Made by a program: the position numbers and the translations under genes. The notes below the pieces were generated by a model. It saw nothing but the letters and a program-made list of their open reading frames with translations, was not told the origin of the DNA and made no database searches. From Takakia lepidozioides (Eukaryota; Plantae; Bryophyta), in assembly GCA_030704615.1 (NCBI GenBank), contig CM060732.1, forward strand, positions 74,586,001 through 74,650,000: a stretch of 64,000 nt of DNA, read 5' to 3'. Positions 60,801-64,000 of this stretch are shown here, piece by piece. Numbering within the stretch: position 1 is the first letter of the stretch; each line of letters opens with the position of its first letter.

Positions 60801-63274
60801 TCAGGTGCGGCGGCTTATGGCGGACAGAAGGCGACCTTCGATGGAATGTGCTTTAATTGCGGGGAGTCCGGGCACATGGCCAAGAAGTGCACGAAACCCC
60901 AACAATTGAACATGACTCGGGCGGCCACGGAGCTGTCCAAAGATTCCATTAGCCTCTTGGTGGAGGCGGTGGTCGCCAACACTTGCAAGATAGGCAACTA
61001 CTCTTGAGAGTTGTATCAGGAAACTGGCGCCTTGCGTAAAAGGAGTCAGTTAATGTTCATGAGTGGGATAATCTCTGGAACTAACGTGTCGTTGTTGGTG
61101 GACACATGAGCGTCGCACTCCTTCATGACACCGGCAACGGCATAGAAGCTGGGGCTCCCGACAAGTGATGTGGGGGCCATCATTGAAGTGCGTTTGGCCA
61201 AGAGGTTGGTGTTTGATGTTCCTCTTCAGATGGGGAGTTGGGAGGGACGTGAGAACTTCACCATTTGCGAGATCGATGGAGTGGATCTCATTTTGGGGAT
61301 GACCTTTTTGAGCAAATCCGGAGCGGTCATAGATGGCCGCAAGAGAATAGTCACGCTACCGTGTCGGAATGGTGGCGAAGTTTTACGAGTGTCGGAAACG
61401 CCCAAACCAGTGGGGGGGGGCGAATAAACCTGCTGTCAGCAAAGGAGTGGGCCGTGAAAGAGCCACATGAGCCTCAGTTTTTGCTTTACGTAAGACAAGT
61501 GAAAGGAGAAGGCGATAGGGAGCCGAGCCCAGATTGGATCAAGGGGATTTTGGAGAAATACCAGGATGTGATGCCGGAGGATTTACCAAGTGACTTACCA
61601 CCGCAAAGAGGAGTTGACCACAAGATTGAGGTGATACCAAGATCGGAGCCGCCTGCCAAGGCGCCCTACCGGTTGAGCCACAGAGAGTTGGTCGAGCTGA
61701 AGGCTCAGCTCAAGGATCTAATGTCAAATGGGTACATCCGGCCAAGTAAGTCACCCTACGGAGCCCCGGTGCTATTCGCAGACAAGAAGGATGGGACGCT
61801 GCGGATGTGTGTCGATTATAGGGCTCTAAATAAGGTGACTATCAAGAACCGGTACCCTTTGCCAAGGATCGACGACCTCTTCGATCGGTTGGCATGAGTG
61901 AAGTATTTCAGCCGGATCGATTTGCGCTCCGGCTACCATCAAATCCGAGTGGCGGAAGGAGATGAGGAGAAGACCGCGTGCATGACAAGATATGATTCGT
62001 ATAAGTTCTTGCTGATGCCTTTTGGGCTCACCAACGCACCCACGACCTTTAGCACGCTAATGAGCAGCCTTTTTCAGAAGTGGTTGGATGACTTTGTGAT
62101 CATGTACATCGACGACATCTTGGTGTACTCGAAAACAAAGGAAGAGCACCTGGAGCACCTCAAAAGGGTGTTCCAGAAATTGCGGGAAGAGAAACTGTAC
62201 GTCAAAGCTTCAAAATGCGAATTCGGGGTCACAAAAGTGGAGTTCCTAGGGCATGTGATTACACATGATGGGATTGAAATGGATGACAGATTAGTGAGGG
62301 CGATTTTGGACTGGGAGCCTCCGACTTCGATCCCGGGAGTGCGATCCTTTCTAGGACTCGTCTCCTATTACCGAAAGTATGAGAGAAATTTCGCCAAGAT
62401 CGCGGGGCCGTTGTCGGACCTTCTGTATGTCCAAGGTATGGGTATGGAACACCTTTTGTGCCCAAGCTTTTGCCGAGTTGAAGCATCGGATGGCGGAAGC
62501 TCCGGTCCTGAAAATCCCGGAGTTCGACCGTCCATTTGAAATTCATACAGATGCATCGGACTTCGCAATTGGGGGTGTACTCATGCAGGATGGACGTCCA
62601 GTGGCTTACGAAAGTAAGAAACTGAATGAAGTGGAGCGACGGTGGATTGCGCTCGAGAAAAAAATGAAGGCGATGGTGCATTGCCTTGAGCTTTGGCGCC
62701 ACTATGTTGGTTCCAACCTGGTGAAGGTGTTCACGGACAATGTCACGGTGAAGTATTTTGCCACGCAGCCTAAATTGTCCCCAAAATAACTTAGGTGGCA
62801 AGACACTTTGGCGGTGTTCGACGTGGATATTCAGTACAAACCGGGACGGGACAATGTGGTGGCTAATGCTTTAAGTAGAAAACAACAGCTCATGTTGGTG
62901 TACAGGGGCGAGACGGCGCTCCAAAAGAAGATCCGGAAGGCTTACCGAAAGGATGAGATGGCGAAGTCTGTGATGCGGGACTTGAGGATGGGGGTTAAAT
63001 CGCAGTTCCACTTGCATAATGGACTGATTCGGTACAAGGGAGGGATCAGAAATAGTCTCTTGAGAGAATGTCACGATGGCCCGCTTGCGGGCCACGGCGG
63101 AGCCAAGCGCACCGCGGCACTCTTGAAGAAAGAGTATTTTTGGCCCAAACTGAGGGAGGAGGCCGAGGAGTATGTCAAGACATGCACCACATGCCAACAA
63201 ATTTAACCGGAGCGAGTACAAAAAGCAAGCAGGGTTGTTACAACCCTTGCTGATTCCAGAGGGGTCTTGGGAAA
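57840..63274 (+). mobile_element. Ty3/gypsy family B element (5' LTR 57840-58565, PBS, gag-pol), degenerate
   Basis: TG...CA LTR; PBS TGGTATCAGAGC 58568-58579; homologous throughout to 6758-11016; interrupted by a solo LTR and a CACTA element. Confidence 0.93.
59314..60630. mobile_element. Solo LTR of an unrelated family inserted in gag
   Basis: TGTAGGT...ACTTACA termini; flanks AGGGG / AGGG(C); removing it restores CCTAGGGGCGAAAG seen in the intact copy. Confidence 0.82.
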
Positions 63275-64000
63275 CACTACAACAGATGAGCGTTTTTATG
63301 ACTTCACATATGACTATTTTTTCAGTCTTATATGCGTTCATGACTACATCACTCTGTAGTGAAAAAAACCCTGTCATAGCGACTAGTCTTTAGGACTGCG
63401 TTTTGCAAGTCATATCCATGACTGCTTGCGTGGCACCTGGAGTCCTGCTGCAGAAAGGGTTGCAGTCACAACCTTATGACTAATATATGACTACATTGTC
63501 TGTTGAGCGCTGCGTACATGGAGAGGCTTCAGCGGGACACGTGCGCCACTGCGCAAGCGACACGTCATGCATTCGTCAGGGGATTATATGACTATATGTC
63601 TGCAAAGTGATGCCTACATGGAGAGGCGACGGATGGACACGTGCGCCACTGCGAATTTGACATGTCACGACTTCTTGCCATAATCATATGACTACATGTC
63701 TACACAGTGATGCCTACATGGAGAGGCGCTAGCGAGACACGTGTGCTATGGCAGATTTCACACGTGGTGACTACATGACTCGCTCATATGACTACAGGGA
63801 TGTCTACATGGAGAGTTGTTAGCGGGACACCTGTTGCACTTGAGATGTGACATGTGGCACACAGACAAAATATATGACTAGCATATATGACTACGGATCT
63901 TTACACGTGGTGAAAATATGGATAAAGAATGTCGTGTCATATACTGCCACGTGTTCTGGTTTGAGCAAGAGTGATGCCACGTGTCATCAAGATTGTTTTC
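63275..64000. mobile_element. CACTA element left end with subterminal and tandem repeats
   Basis: CACTACAACAG inserted at integrase GSWE; many ATATGACTA repeats; four units of about 90-100 bp sharing TACATGGAGAG (about 63516, 63615, 63715, 63805). Confidence 0.85.

Noticed and set aside
63500-63900. CRISPR-like array
   Set aside because: Whole units are similar, with no unique spacers; they lie in a CACTA subterminal region in a eukaryotic context with no cas genes.

Overview
Eukaryotic nuclear DNA from a non-seed land plant; the PPR style and TE content look bryophyte-like (inference). A gene-rich core (about 18-50.5 kb) holds four spliced genes and one tRNA: a plastid YlmH/S4-domain RNA-binding protein (-), a RimM-less UDP-GlcNAc pyrophosphorylase-like paralog (+), tRNA-Ser(CGA), a STICHEL-like DnaX-family gene (+) and a RimM::UDP-GlcNAc-pyrophosphorylase fusion gene (-). 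Introns of three of these genes carry many copies of one (TC)n-tailed LINE family. Both flanks are nested TE graveyards (Ty3/gypsy, Ty1/copia, L1, CACTA, solo LTRs) with PLS-PPR pseudogene fragments. The most unusual element is a Dualen/RandI-like non-LTR retrotransposon (11017-15507, second copy 5075-6757). Its degenerate ORF reads RT - chromodomain - PCIF1/CAPAM-like adenine-methyltransferase fold - RNase H - CCHC knuckle - restriction-like endonuclease, and it ends in a conserved structured 3' RNA. Also notable: OSB-type PDF motif halves next to PPR arrays, and an isolated annexin exon inside an intron. All domain calls are from manual motif recognition; no searches were run.
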